Below, in pieces: positions 32,023 to 41,157 of a stretch of DNA of 64,000 nucleotides. Both the position numbers and the translations under genes were made by a program. The notes below the pieces were generated by a model, which was not told the origin of the DNA, did not search any database, and saw only the letters and a list, made by a program, of their open reading frames with translations. Each line of letters begins with the position of its first letter. Within the stretch, counting starts at the first letter, position 1. The stretch lies in assembly GCA_036676985.1 (NCBI GenBank), contig JAKFBU010000023.1:96001-160000 (forward strand), written 5' to 3'. This stretch comes from Candidatus Sericytochromatia bacterium (GTDB lineage: Bacteria; Cyanobacteriota; Sericytochromatia; S15B-MN24; UBA4093).

Positions 32023-32069
32023 GCACCGCTCCGGCCCCGTCCGAACGGGGCCGCCAAAAGGAGGTCACG

Positions 32070-32309
32070 ATGGTCGAGGCGATTCGGGAGAATGCCATTG
32101 CCGCCAACTTCTGGCTCATTGCCGTGATGGCCATCTTCCACCTGACGGCCATGGGGCTCTTGGGGCTCGCGATCTGGCGCACGCTCAACTACCGCGCCCC
32201 GCTGCACGAGGAGTTCGTCGGGGCCATGCCCCACGAGCACGAGCCCCATGAGCCCGAGCCGATCGAGCCACCGGCAACGACCGGTGAGGAGCCGCCGAAA
32301 ACGCTCTAG
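32070..32309 (+). CDS. Small single-TM protein with acidic His/Pro tail
   Basis: RBS GGAGG; 79 aa; one TM helix, then HEEF...PHEHEPHEPEP. Confidence 0.6.
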   Translation: MVEAIRENAIAANFWLIAVMAIFHLTAMGLLGLAIWRTLNYRAPLHEEFVGAMPHEHEPHEPEPIEPPATTGEEPPKTL

Positions 32310-32800
32310 ATGATGCGGCGCGGCTTGGGCGTCGGCATGGTCCCGGGGGCCGGGGCCAGGCGGAAGGCGTGGCGGAAGTCCGGGGCCACCTGGGCCCGCA
32401 GACGCCCGTAGGAGATCTCGAGATCCACGAACGAGGGCGAGGCCTCCGGGTTGTCCCGGCGAAGGCGGGAGAACTCGCGCGCCCACATGCCCATCTGCTT
32501 GCTGTAGGCCACCTCGAGTAGCTTGGTGCGGATGGTCCGGCCCGAGGTGGGGTTCAGGCCCTCGAGCTCGCCTTGGAGGCGATCCGCCTCGCGGGCGAGC
32601 TCGGGTGCTTGGCCGTCGTCCTTGGCCATCAGGGCGCGGGCACGCTCCTGCATGGCCTCGAGGCGGGTCAGGTAGACGCCGTGCCCCGCGTAGAACGCCT
32701 TGGTCCGCTCCCACTCGTCCAGGGCGGCGATGCGCATGAGCACGCCGCCCACCACCACCAGGACGAAGAGGAAGAGCACCACCCACTTGCCGTTGTTCAT
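32306..32800 (-). CDS. Membrane-anchored hypothetical protein
   Basis: N-terminal TM helix WVVLFLFVLVVVGGVLM; starts 37 nt after the ctaB stop on the same strand. Confidence 0.65.
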   Translation of the reverse strand: MNNGKWVVLFLFVLVVVGGVLMRIAALDEWERTKAFYAGHGVYLTRLEAMQERARALMAKDDGQAPELAREADRLQGELEGLNPTSGRTIRTKLLEVAYSKQMGMWAREFSRLRRDNPEASPSFVDLEISYGRLRAQVAPDFRHAFRLAPAPGTMPTPKPRRII

Positions 32801-32837
32801 CGAGAAACCTTGACCTTCTGGACCTGATGGCCCGCGG

Positions 32838-33755
32838 CTACCTCAGCCAGGGCAACGCCATGCGCGCCACGGCATCGACGAAGAGGAACACGAACAGCAC
32901 CAGGAGGTAGATGATGGAGCCGAAGAAGAGCTTCTTGGCCGCCGAGTCCGTCTTGACGCGGTAGAGCCGGATGGCGTCGCGCGTAAACCAGGCGCCGAGC
33001 CCCACGGCCCCGACCAAGTATATCAAACCGCAGGCCTTGACGGCATAGAGCCCCAGCGTGGTCGCGAGCAGCAGCACGGTGTAGACCAGGATCTGGAGGC
33101 GGGTGGACTCCTCGCCGGCGACCACCGGCATCATGGGGACGCCCGCCTTGGCGTAGTCGTCGCGACGGTAGAGGGCGAGCGCCCAGAAGTGGGGCGGCGT
33201 CCACATGAAGATGATCAGGAACATGAGCCAGGCCGCCGCACTCAGCTCGCCGGTCACCGCCGCCCAGCCGATGAGGGGGGCCGTCGCCCCCGCCGCGCCG
33301 CCGATCACGATGTTCTGCGGCGTCGAGCGCTTGAGCCACATGGTGTAGATGACGACGTAGAAGAGGATGCTCCCGAGCGCGAGGGCCGCTGCGAGCCAGG
33401 TGGTCCAGATGGCGAGCATGCCCACCGAGAGGATGCCCGTGACCAGCCCGAAGGCGAGAGCCTGGTTGGGTCCGACGTGGCCGCCCGGGATGGGCCGGGA
33501 GCTGGTGCGCTCCATGACCGCGTCGATGTCCCGATCGTACCAGTGGTTGAGCGCCGAGGCCGCCCCCGCGGCCATGGCCGTGCCCACCAGGGCCACGATC
33601 ATGATAACGGGATCCAGCGCCCCGTCGCCCGCCATGAGGATCGCCGGCAGGCCCGTGACGAGCATCAGCATGACGATCGTCGGCTTGGTGAGCTGGAAGT
33701 ACTCCCGGAGAATGGCCCCGGCGGCGGGGCGGGTGGAAACGTGGACTGCGCTCAT
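32838..33755 (-). CDS. ctaB: Heme O synthase (protoheme IX farnesyltransferase)
   Basis: LTKPTI, NHWYDRDIDAVMERTSSRPIP, YTMWLKRSTPQNIVIGGAAGA, WTPPHFWALA, DYAKAGVPMMP. Confidence 0.96.
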   Translation of the reverse strand: MSAVHVSTRPAAGAILREYFQLTKPTIVMLMLVTGLPAILMAGDGALDPVIMIVALVGTAMAAGAASALNHWYDRDIDAVMERTSSRPIPGGHVGPNQALAFGLVTGILSVGMLAIWTTWLAAALALGSILFYVVIYTMWLKRSTPQNIVIGGAAGATAPLIGWAAVTGELSAAAWLMFLIIFMWTPPHFWALALYRRDDYAKAGVPMMPVVAGEESTRLQILVYTVLLLATTLGLYAVKACGLIYLVGAVGLGAWFTRDAIRLYRVKTDSAAKKLFFGSIIYLLVLFVFLFVDAVARMALPWLR

Positions 33756-34699
33756 TGTGCCATGGCCTCACGCAAGGTCGGGTTCTGGGCCGCCGGAGCG
33801 TGCGACCGAGCACCGAAGAGGTGGAAGTTGAGGGCGATCATCGTCACCCAGAGCAGCTCCGCGACGCCGTTGTGGGCGGCAGCGAGCGGCACGGGGATCG
33901 CCAGGAGGATGTTGGCGACACCGAGCGTCACCTGCAGGGTGACAAGGCCGCCGGCGACCAGCACGCCCGTACGGGTCCGGGCGTTGGGGCTCCGCAGGCC
34001 CAGCGCCACCAGGGCGAGGACCAGCAGGAAGACCGTGTAACCGCCGAAGCGGTGGATCATGTGCGTCGCCACGTAGCCGACCATGGGCGGGAACCACTCG
34101 CCATGGCAGGTGGGCCAGTCCGGGCAGGCCAAGGAGGCGTAGTTGGAGGCGACCAGTCCCCCCAGCAGTATCTGCCCGTAGACCGCAAAGAGGGCCACGA
34201 GGCCGAGAGTCTTGAGGCCGCGCGGCTGTACCGTCGGATCCTGGGCGGGCGAGGCCTCGCGCAAGCTCTTGAGGGCGATGAGGATGAAGACGCCGAAGAG
34301 GGCCGTGCCCGTCCCCAGGTGGGTGGTCACCACGTGGGCATGCAGCAGCTTCCACACCGTGAGCGCGCCCAGGACGATCTGGACCGCGAGCATCACGCAG
34401 GCCAGGAGCGCCAGCTTCCAGAGGCGTTTTCTCAAGTTGGCGTCGATGAGGATCCAGGCCAGCATGCCCATGAAGATGGTGCTCACCGTGCCGGCCACCA
34501 GGCGGTGCAGCCATTCCCAGAACACCCCGCCCTCGAAGGTGGGAATGAGCTGGCCGTTGCAGAGCGGCCAATCCGGGCACGACAGGCCCGCCCCGTACAG
34601 CCGCACGGTCGCGCCGAGCACGATGAGGCAGAAGGTGAGGGCCACCAGGCCGACCGGGAGCGGACGGAACCGCCGGAAGCTTTCGATGGGGCTGGCCAC
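33752..34699 (-). CDS. ctaA: Heme A synthase (type 1 CtaA/COX15)
   Basis: GLSCPDWPLC, EWLHRL, VTTHL, second ACPDWPTC, HMIHR, AAHN. Confidence 0.93.
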   Translation of the reverse strand: MASPIESFRRFRPLPVGLVALTFCLIVLGATVRLYGAGLSCPDWPLCNGQLIPTFEGGVFWEWLHRLVAGTVSTIFMGMLAWILIDANLRKRLWKLALLACVMLAVQIVLGALTVWKLLHAHVVTTHLGTGTALFGVFILIALKSLREASPAQDPTVQPRGLKTLGLVALFAVYGQILLGGLVASNYASLACPDWPTCHGEWFPPMVGYVATHMIHRFGGYTVFLLVLALVALGLRSPNARTRTGVLVAGGLVTLQVTLGVANILLAIPVPLAAAHNGVAELLWVTMIALNFHLFGARSHAPAAQNPTLREAMAQ

Positions 34700-34710
34700 G
34701 GACGTTCTCC

Positions 34711-34854
34711 TTACTTGAACATCTGGTGGTAGATCACGCCGCGCGAGAGGTAGGCGCAGAACATGAACACCGCGATGGCGCCCATGAGCACCAGGGCCAG
34801 ACGCCGGTTCTTGGCCTGGTAGGCGGCGATGTGCGCTTGTTCGTCAATCGTCAT
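34711..34854 (-). CDS. 47-aa single-TM protein in the oxidase operon
   Basis: Below the ORF-track cutoff: MTIDEQAHIAAYQAKNRRLALVLMGAIAVFMFCAYLSRGVIYHQMFK. RBS GGAGGA; fills the ctaG-ctaA gap. Confidence 0.75.
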   Translation of the reverse strand: MTIDEQAHIAAYQAKNRRLALVLMGAIAVFMFCAYLSRGVIYHQMFK

Positions 34855-34863
34855 GGAGTCCTC

Positions 34864-35436
34864 CTAGCCCTTCTTGGCAACGGGCTTCTGGGGGTTGAGG
34901 GCGTACAGGGTGTACTGGAGGGTCACGGTGTTGACCTCCGGGTCGAGCTTCTCGTCGATCCAGAAGGAAACGGGCAAGAGCTTGCTCTCCTTGGGCTTCA
35001 GGGTCTGCCGCTCGTAGCAGAAGCACTCCAGCTTGTGCAGCATCGCGTCGGCGCGGGCCGGCACAACGCTGTGGACCGGCTGGAACTCCAGCGTCTTGTC
35101 CGTGAGGTTGGTGAAGCGGTACTGGACCTCGTGGGTCTCGCCCACCTTCACGTCGAGCTTAGGGGTCAGGGGCTCGATGAGCGCGGGCGTGCCGGAGTTC
35201 GACATGCCCACGAATCGCACGGTGAGCTCGCGCTCACCGATCACCCCGCTCGCCACCAGCGAGGGGTTTGGCTTCTGGGGAACGGTCCCCACGCCAAACC
35301 GCTCGCAGACCATGCGGTAGAGGGGGACCAGGGCCCAGGCGAAGATCGTCATGCCCACCAGAACCAGACCCAGCCACATGAGGGAGCGCTGGTTCTTCTT
35401 CTGGATGTCTTGCTGGCGAAGGTCGTCCGAGGTCAT
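34864..35436 (-). CDS. ctaG: Cytochrome c oxidase copper chaperone Cox11/CtaG
   Basis: LVPLYRMVC, KLECFCYERQTL, PVSFWID, TLQYT. Confidence 0.93.
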   Translation of the reverse strand: MTSDDLRQQDIQKKNQRSLMWLGLVLVGMTIFAWALVPLYRMVCERFGVGTVPQKPNPSLVASGVIGERELTVRFVGMSNSGTPALIEPLTPKLDVKVGETHEVQYRFTNLTDKTLEFQPVHSVVPARADAMLHKLECFCYERQTLKPKESKLLPVSFWIDEKLDPEVNTVTLQYTLYALNPQKPVAKKG

Positions 35437-35448
35437 GGTCCTTGAGTC

Positions 35449-37023
35449 CTACTTGATGGTGGGGATGGTGTCGAAGTTGTGGGCCGGAGGCGGCGAGCTG
35501 ACGGTCCACTCGAGGGTGTTGCCCTGCCAGGGATCGTCGGGAGCCTTCTCACCCGAGCGCAGCGACTTGATCACGTTCCAGACCAGGATGAGCTGCGCGG
35601 CGCCCAGTACGAAGGACGCGATCGACTCCAGTCGGTTCAGGTCCGTGAACATGGGCAGGTAGGTGTAGTAACGGCGGGGCATGCCCATGATGCCCAGGAT
35701 GTGCATCGGGAAGAAGGTCACGTTCATGGCGATGACCGTCAGCCAGAAGTGCACCTGGCCCAGGCGCTCGTCGAGCATGCGGCCGAACATCTTGGGGAAC
35801 CAGTAGTAGATGGCCGCGAAGATGCCGAGCATGGAGCCCGCGAAGAGCACGTAGTGGATGTGGGCGACGACCCAGTAGGTGTGGGTCAGCTGCACGTCGG
35901 TGGGGATGGAGGCGAGGAAGATGCCGTCCAGACCGCCGATGAGGAAGAATGCCACGAAGGCGATCGAGAACAGGCCCGGGGTCAGGAAGCGGATGTTACC
36001 GCCCCATAGCGTGCCCACCCAGCTGAAGATCTTGATGCCGGTCGGCACCGCGATAAGCATGGTGAGGAACATGAAGACCGAACGGATGCTCGCGGGCAGG
36101 CCGGTGGCGAACATGTGGTGCGCCCAGACCGTGAAGCCGAGCACGCCGATGGCGACCGACGAGTAGGCGATGGCCAGGTACCCGAAGAGGGGCTTGCCGG
36201 CAAAGACCGGCAGGATCTCGGAGATGATGCCGAAGGCCGGCAGGATCATGATGTAGACGGCCGGGTGCGAGTAGAACCAGAAGAGGTGCTGCCACAGCAA
36301 CGGGTCGCCGCCCTGCTCCGGACGGAAGAACGACGTGCCGAAGTTGCGGTCGAAGAGGAGCATCGTGATGACGCCGGCAAGGACCGGGGTCGCGATGACC
36401 TGCAGCCACGAGGTCACGAGCACCGCCCAGCACATGATGGGCATCTTGTGCAGGGTCATGCCGGGCGCGCGCATGTTGAGGATGGTGACGATGAAGTTGA
36501 GGCCGCCCATGATCGACGAGACGCCGAGCAGGTGGAGGCCCAGGATCCAGAGGTCCACGCCCACGCCGGGCGAGAAGAAGCCACCCGACAGGGGCGGATA
36601 CATGGTCCAGCCGCCCGCCGCCGAGCCGCCCAGGGCGAAGCTCGAGAGCATCATGACCGCCCCCAGGGGCAAGAGCCAGAAGGAGATGGCGTTGATGCGG
36701 GGGAAGGCCACGTCGCGCGCGCCGATGAGCAGGGGCACGACGTAGTTGCCGAAGCCGACCAGCAGCGGGATGATGGCCATGAAGATCATGGCCGACGCGT
36801 GCATGGTGACCATCTGGTTGTACTGGTCGGGCGACAGGATCTTCATCTCGGGACCCAGGAGCTGGGCCCGGACCAGGAGGGCGAAGAGACCGCCCACCAG
36901 GAACAGGATGAAGGCCGTGACGATGTACATGATGCCGATCTTCTTGTGATCGGTCGTCGTCAGCCACTTGACCCAAGTGGGCTGTTCAGGAGCGTGCGGG
37001 ACGCTCGCGGATTGCGTACTCAT
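35449..37023 (-). CDS. ctaD: Cytochrome c oxidase subunit I, A2 type
   Basis: TTDHKKIG, GWTMYPPLS, GGDPLLWQHLFWFYSHPAVYI (YSHPxV = A2), VWAHHMF, VVAHIHY, GMPRRY. Confidence 0.98.
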   Translation of the reverse strand: MSTQSASVPHAPEQPTWVKWLTTTDHKKIGIMYIVTAFILFLVGGLFALLVRAQLLGPEMKILSPDQYNQMVTMHASAMIFMAIIPLLVGFGNYVVPLLIGARDVAFPRINAISFWLLPLGAVMMLSSFALGGSAAGGWTMYPPLSGGFFSPGVGVDLWILGLHLLGVSSIMGGLNFIVTILNMRAPGMTLHKMPIMCWAVLVTSWLQVIATPVLAGVITMLLFDRNFGTSFFRPEQGGDPLLWQHLFWFYSHPAVYIMILPAFGIISEILPVFAGKPLFGYLAIAYSSVAIGVLGFTVWAHHMFATGLPASIRSVFMFLTMLIAVPTGIKIFSWVGTLWGGNIRFLTPGLFSIAFVAFFLIGGLDGIFLASIPTDVQLTHTYWVVAHIHYVLFAGSMLGIFAAIYYWFPKMFGRMLDERLGQVHFWLTVIAMNVTFFPMHILGIMGMPRRYYTYLPMFTDLNRLESIASFVLGAAQLILVWNVIKSLRSGEKAPDDPWQGNTLEWTVSSPPPAHNFDTIPTIK

Positions 37024-37057
37024 TGAAACGTGTCCTCTTTACTGCGTGAGCGCGTCC

Positions 37058-38173
37058 CTAGCGAAGGGCCTTGACCTGGTCGGCGGTGACGGCGCCCCCC
37101 GTGTTGCCCCAGCTGGTGCGCTCGTGGCTCACGATGGCGGCGATCTCCTCGTCCGTCAGGTGCTTGAAGGGCGGCATGGCCCCGTTGTACTGCTGACCCT
37201 TGACCGTGATGGGGCCCGAGACGCCGTTCAGCACGATCTTGATGTGGTCGGCGGCCGGGCCGTTGACCTGCTCGGCGCCTGCGAGCGGCGGGAAGGTGCC
37301 GGCCATGCCCTCGCCGCCGGCCTGGTGGCACGAGGCGCAGTTCGCCTGGTAGAGGGCAGCGCCGTCCGCCTTCTTGGGGGCAGCCGCCACCTGCGCCGGC
37401 TTCGGCTGCTCGGCCGCATCGGGCTTGGGGGCCGCCCCGGGCGACTTCTCGCCGGGGGTGTAGGAGCCACCCTTCTCCGTGACCCAGGAGGCGAACTCGG
37501 CCTCGGGCAGGACCTTGACCTTGCTGATCATCTTGGCGTGCAGGGTGCCGCACAGCTGACGGCAGAAGGCCTGATGCTCGCCGGGACCCTTCACGTAGAC
37601 CCAGCCCTCGTTGATGTGGCCGGGGATGGCGTCCATCGAGAAGCCGAAGTCCGCGACGCCCCAGTTGTGGACGACGTCGGCGCTCGAGACGAGGAGCTTG
37701 ACGACCTTGTTGGCCGGCAGCACCAGGTCCGCGTTGGAGACCGTGACGCCGTTGTCGGGATACTTGAACTCCCAGTACCACTGGTGCCCGACGATCTGGA
37801 CCGTGAGATCCGGCTTGGGGGCGTTTTCGACGTAGCGGATGGTCTTGTAGGTCGGGATCGAGATCGCGATCAGCGCGAGGGTGGGGAGCACCGTCCAGAT
37901 GATCTCCAGGCCCGTGTGGCCGTGGAACTGCTGGGCCTGGCGGCCCGGACGGAACCGGTAACGGACGAGCACGTAGGCCATGGCGGCCCAGACGCCCACG
38001 AAGATCACGAAGGTGATCCAGTAGATCAGGTTGTAGAGGTTATCCACCCGATCGGCGATCGGCGTGGCGTTCGGGATTCCGCCCACCGCAAACGCGGGCA
38101 GGGCCACCAGCGAGCCCGCCAGAGCGAGGGCCGCGGCGAAGAGGTGACGTGGCATGGGCCATCGAGTTTGCAC
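37058..38173 (-). CDS. ctaC: Cytochrome c oxidase subunit II with fused C-terminal cytochrome c (caa3 type)
   Basis: LEIIWTVLP, GHQWYWEF, ADVVHNW, CuA motif CRQLCGTLHAKM, Pro/Ala linker, heme c CASCH with axial Met in GAMPPF. Confidence 0.96.
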   Translation of the reverse strand: MQTRWPMPRHLFAAALALAGSLVALPAFAVGGIPNATPIADRVDNLYNLIYWITFVIFVGVWAAMAYVLVRYRFRPGRQAQQFHGHTGLEIIWTVLPTLALIAISIPTYKTIRYVENAPKPDLTVQIVGHQWYWEFKYPDNGVTVSNADLVLPANKVVKLLVSSADVVHNWGVADFGFSMDAIPGHINEGWVYVKGPGEHQAFCRQLCGTLHAKMISKVKVLPEAEFASWVTEKGGSYTPGEKSPGAAPKPDAAEQPKPAQVAAAPKKADGAALYQANCASCHQAGGEGMAGTFPPLAGAEQVNGPAADHIKIVLNGVSGPITVKGQQYNGAMPPFKHLTDEEIAAIVSHERTSWGNTGGAVTADQVKALR

Positions 38174-38282
38174 TGCTTGCCTCCAAATGATGGGACGACG
38201 ACGAGCACCTAACGAAACCAGGCATGTGTCGCTTTTTGCCGCCTACCGGCGGCTTGATGGAACCGTTTCGTTAGGCACTCAA

Positions 38283-39113
38283 TTACGATTGGGCGTTGTA
38301 GATCGGCAGATAGAGCACCAGGAAGAAGAGGATGAGCCAGATGACATCGACGAAGTGCCAATACCAACCGGCACCCTGCAGGGCAAAGTGGCTCTGCTTG
38401 GTGAACTGCCCCTTCATGGCGCGGATCAGGTTGATGGCGATCCAGATGGCGCCGACGATCACGTGCATCCCGTGGAAGCCGGTGAGCATGAAGAAGGCCG
38501 TGCCCATCAGGCCGCTGCGCAGCGTGAGCTCCATGGTCGACCACTCGTAGACCTGACCGCCAAGGAAGATGACGCCCAGGACGAGGGTGACGGCCAGCCA
38601 CATGACCAACGCCTTGCGATTGTCGCGCATCAGCGAGTGCTCGGCCCAGGTGTAGGTGAAGCTGCTCGCCACCAGGATGATGGTCTGCACGCCGGGCAAG
38701 AGCAGGGAGTGGAAGACGTGCGGCGTGCCCTCGGGCGGCCACTGGGCGGATCCCGCCTGGACGTAGAAGTAGAAGCCGAAGAAGGCCGCGAAGAACATGA
38801 CCTCCGAGGCGATGAAGAGCACCATCGCGAGGCGCATGTCCTGGCCGGGCCGGTGGACCTCCGAGGCGGCATGGGCCGTCGGCAGGGTGTGGGTCTCGGC
38901 CTCGTGGACGAGATCCCGCCACCATCCCACGGTACCAACGAGGGTGATGACGGCGCCGATCACCAGGACCCCGAGCCCCGGGGCGTGGAACTTGAACGAG
39001 AGCCCCAGACCGAACGCCATCAACACCAGACCGAGCGCCCCGACGGGGGGCCAAGGATTGGTGTCGACGTGCGGGTGGTCGAGGTGACCATGCTCGTGGG
39101 CAACTTGGTTCAC
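38283..39113 (-). CDS. ctaE: Cytochrome c oxidase subunit III
   Basis: NPWPP, LFIASEVMFFAAFF, FFMLTGFHGMHV, WYWHFVDVIW. Confidence 0.96.
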   Translation of the reverse strand: MNQVAHEHGHLDHPHVDTNPWPPVGALGLVLMAFGLGLSFKFHAPGLGVLVIGAVITLVGTVGWWRDLVHEAETHTLPTAHAASEVHRPGQDMRLAMVLFIASEVMFFAAFFGFYFYVQAGSAQWPPEGTPHVFHSLLLPGVQTIILVASSFTYTWAEHSLMRDNRKALVMWLAVTLVLGVIFLGGQVYEWSTMELTLRSGLMGTAFFMLTGFHGMHVIVGAIWIAINLIRAMKGQFTKQSHFALQGAGWYWHFVDVIWLILFFLVLYLPIYNAQS

Positions 39114-39401
39114 GCGTACGTCTCCTTAGCTAGATGCACTGGTACAAAGGCATCCACGCCGGTCCCTGGGGGCCCCGGCATGGACAACGAGTCAGACAAG
39201 CGTTTACAATCCATCATAACGCGGATTGAAGCCCCGGCGCTTGCTTTTGGACGGCGGAAAGATTAGAGTTCGCTAATCTCACGAGCGCCCCCCGAGCCAG
39301 TCGACGCGGGCAATTGCGCCACAAATCCGCGCGCCTAGGGCATTAGGCTCCCTCGCATCTTAGCATATCGCTCGCCTGCCCGTCACCCCGCCCCTTCGAA
39401 G

Positions 39402-39448
39402 ATCCGTAGTCCCTACTGATGACCTCAAAATCCGTAGTTTTTACGGAG
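39402..39448. promoter_or_regulatory. Two tandem palindromic operator-like sites (TCCGTA-N5-TACGGA type)
   Basis: ATCCGTAGTCCCTACTGAT (39402-39420) and ATCCGTAGTTTTTACGGAG (39430-39448) in the divergent ctaE/MFS region. Confidence 0.6.
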
Positions 39449-39531
39449 AGGGGCCGAGATCCAGGCCACCCGGGTGCTCCGTGGTACAATGCAATCGCCT
39501 TTTGGCCTCACCACCTACTTTCGAGGGTTTC

Positions 39532-40698
39532 ATGGAAAAGCGCCCCCTTTTGATCCTGTTCGCGACGCTGTTCTGCGTCATGACGGGCTTCGGGATCATC
39601 ATCCCGGCCCTGCCCTACCTAACCACCGACGTCATGCACGGGGATGCGCGCACGGTCGGCCTCCTGCTCGCCTCCTACTCGGTCATGAACGTGATCTGCG
39701 CCCCGTTCTGGGGCCGGCTCTCGGACCGGATCGGCCGCAAGCCGGTGCTGCTGACGGGCATTCTCGGCTTGGCCGTCTCGTTCGTCGTGTTCGGCCTCGC
39801 CCAAGACGTCGTCACGCTCTTCGCCTCGCGCCTCATCGGCGGGGCGTTCGGGGCGGCGGCCCTGCCGACGGCCATGGCCTACGCGGGCGACATCACGACC
39901 AAGGAGGCGCGCGCCAAGGCCCTCGGCTTGCTGGGCGCGGGGCTCGGGCTCGGCATGGTGGTGGGGCCCGCCATCGGCGGCGTGGCCGGTCACTGGGGCC
40001 TGAGCGTCCCCTTCTTCGCGGCCGCGGTGCTCTCGCTGTTGACGGCGGGCTTCGTGGCCGTGGCGCTGCCCAAGGGCGCTCCGGTGCTCGACGACCGCGC
40101 CGGGGTCATGCAGGCCCTCAAGCTCACGGGCAAGGCCCTGTGGCCCTTCTACCTGCTCACCTTCATCCAGATGCTCGCCTTCACGAGCATGGAGGCCACC
40201 TTCGTCCTGTATGCCAAGGACCAGTTCCGGCTGACGGTCATGCAGATCGGCCTCATGTTCATGGCCATGGGGCTCGTCTCGGCGGGGTTCCAGGGCGGCG
40301 GCGTCGCCCGGCTCATCAACCGCTTCGGCGAGGCGGCCGTGACGCGGGCCGGCACCGTCGTGCTGGGCCTGGGCTTCCTGCTCACGCCCGTGGCGCGCAA
40401 CCCGTACGAGCTGCTGGGGGTGTTCTGCTTCTTCGGCATCGGTTCGGCGTTGCTGCGGACGTCGCTCTCGACGGGCGTCTCGCGCGGTGCCGCGGCAGGT
40501 CAGGGAATGGCCATGGGGCTCATGCAGAGCTGCGACTCGCTGGCGCGCGTCTTCGGACCGGCGCTGGGCGGGATGCTCTACTACGTGTCGCCCAAGCTGC
40601 CCTACGAGGCGGGCGTCGGCGTGATGGTGGTGGCCACGGTCCTCGCCTTCGTGACGCTGAGCGCCAAGGCCCCCGAGCCTGCCCCCAAGGCCGCGTAG
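39532..40698 (+). CDS. MFS transporter, DHA1/TetA-like
   Basis: Start MEKRP at 39532; GFGIIIPALP, motif A GRLSDRIGRKPVLL, antiporter motif GMVVGPAIGG; 12 TM helices. Confidence 0.92.
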   Translation: MEKRPLLILFATLFCVMTGFGIIIPALPYLTTDVMHGDARTVGLLLASYSVMNVICAPFWGRLSDRIGRKPVLLTGILGLAVSFVVFGLAQDVVTLFASRLIGGAFGAAALPTAMAYAGDITTKEARAKALGLLGAGLGLGMVVGPAIGGVAGHWGLSVPFFAAAVLSLLTAGFVAVALPKGAPVLDDRAGVMQALKLTGKALWPFYLLTFIQMLAFTSMEATFVLYAKDQFRLTVMQIGLMFMAMGLVSAGFQGGGVARLINRFGEAAVTRAGTVVLGLGFLLTPVARNPYELLGVFCFFGIGSALLRTSLSTGVSRGAAAGQGMAMGLMQSCDSLARVFGPALGGMLYYVSPKLPYEAGVGVMVVATVLAFVTLSAKAPEPAPKAA

Positions 40699-40711
40699 TT
40701 CACGCAATTCT

Positions 40712-40744
40712 AAGGCCCCCGGCTTTGGCGAGCCGGGGGCCTTT
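40712..40744 (+). terminator. Terminator after the MFS gene
   Basis: aaggcccccggct...agccgggggcctt followed by TGCTT. Confidence 0.7.
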
Positions 40745-40777
40745 GCTTGGCGGGCTCAGGCGATGGCCCACGTGGTC

Positions 40778-41087
40778 GTCATGGACGAGAGGAACCGTTC
40801 GTTCCTTCGAGAGCCTCAGGACGAACGGATGGTTGTGGGTGACTCGAGTCATCTTCCACTTGCATTGAATGGCTCGAGTGGCGCTCCTTTGGCTTGAGTA
40901 GCGATCCCTTGAGGTTAACCACCATCCCGTTCACCCTGAGCCTGTCGAAGGGCGAACGGTTCCTCTCGTGCATGACCGTAGGCCCGAGCGGCCCTCTCGT
41001 GGATGGTGCAACCACCCCTTGAGACTCACAACCATCCCGTTCGTCTTGAGCCAGGTCGAAAGGCGAACGGTTCCTTATGTGCATAAG
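40778..41087. repeat. Cluster of three ~60-bp REP-like palindromic elements (one inverted, two direct)
   Basis: Unit accatc(c)cgttcnnnntgagnnnntcgaa(g/a)g..cgaacggttcct..gt.cat at about 40778-40836 (minus), 40919-40977 and 41028-41087. Confidence 0.8.
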
Positions 41088-41157
41088 AATCCGGAATCAG
41101 CGCAAAGAAGCGGCCCGGCTCATACGAGCCGGGCCGCTTCGCGTTTCGGATTAGGAC

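Noticed and set aside
37528-37570. CuA motif CRQLC lacking the usual Glu
   Set aside because: That residue ligates CuA through its backbone carbonyl and Gln variants are known; all Cys/His/Met ligands are present.
39532-40698. MFS gene as an acquired tetracycline-resistance determinant
   Set aside because: Only family-level DHA1 motifs, host-like codon usage, no adjacent tetR or mobile element.
40778-41087. Possible CRISPR array or small ORFs in the repeat cluster
   Set aside because: Units are ~60 bp, diverged, in mixed orientation and unevenly spaced, with no cas genes. The ORFs are translations of the repeats.
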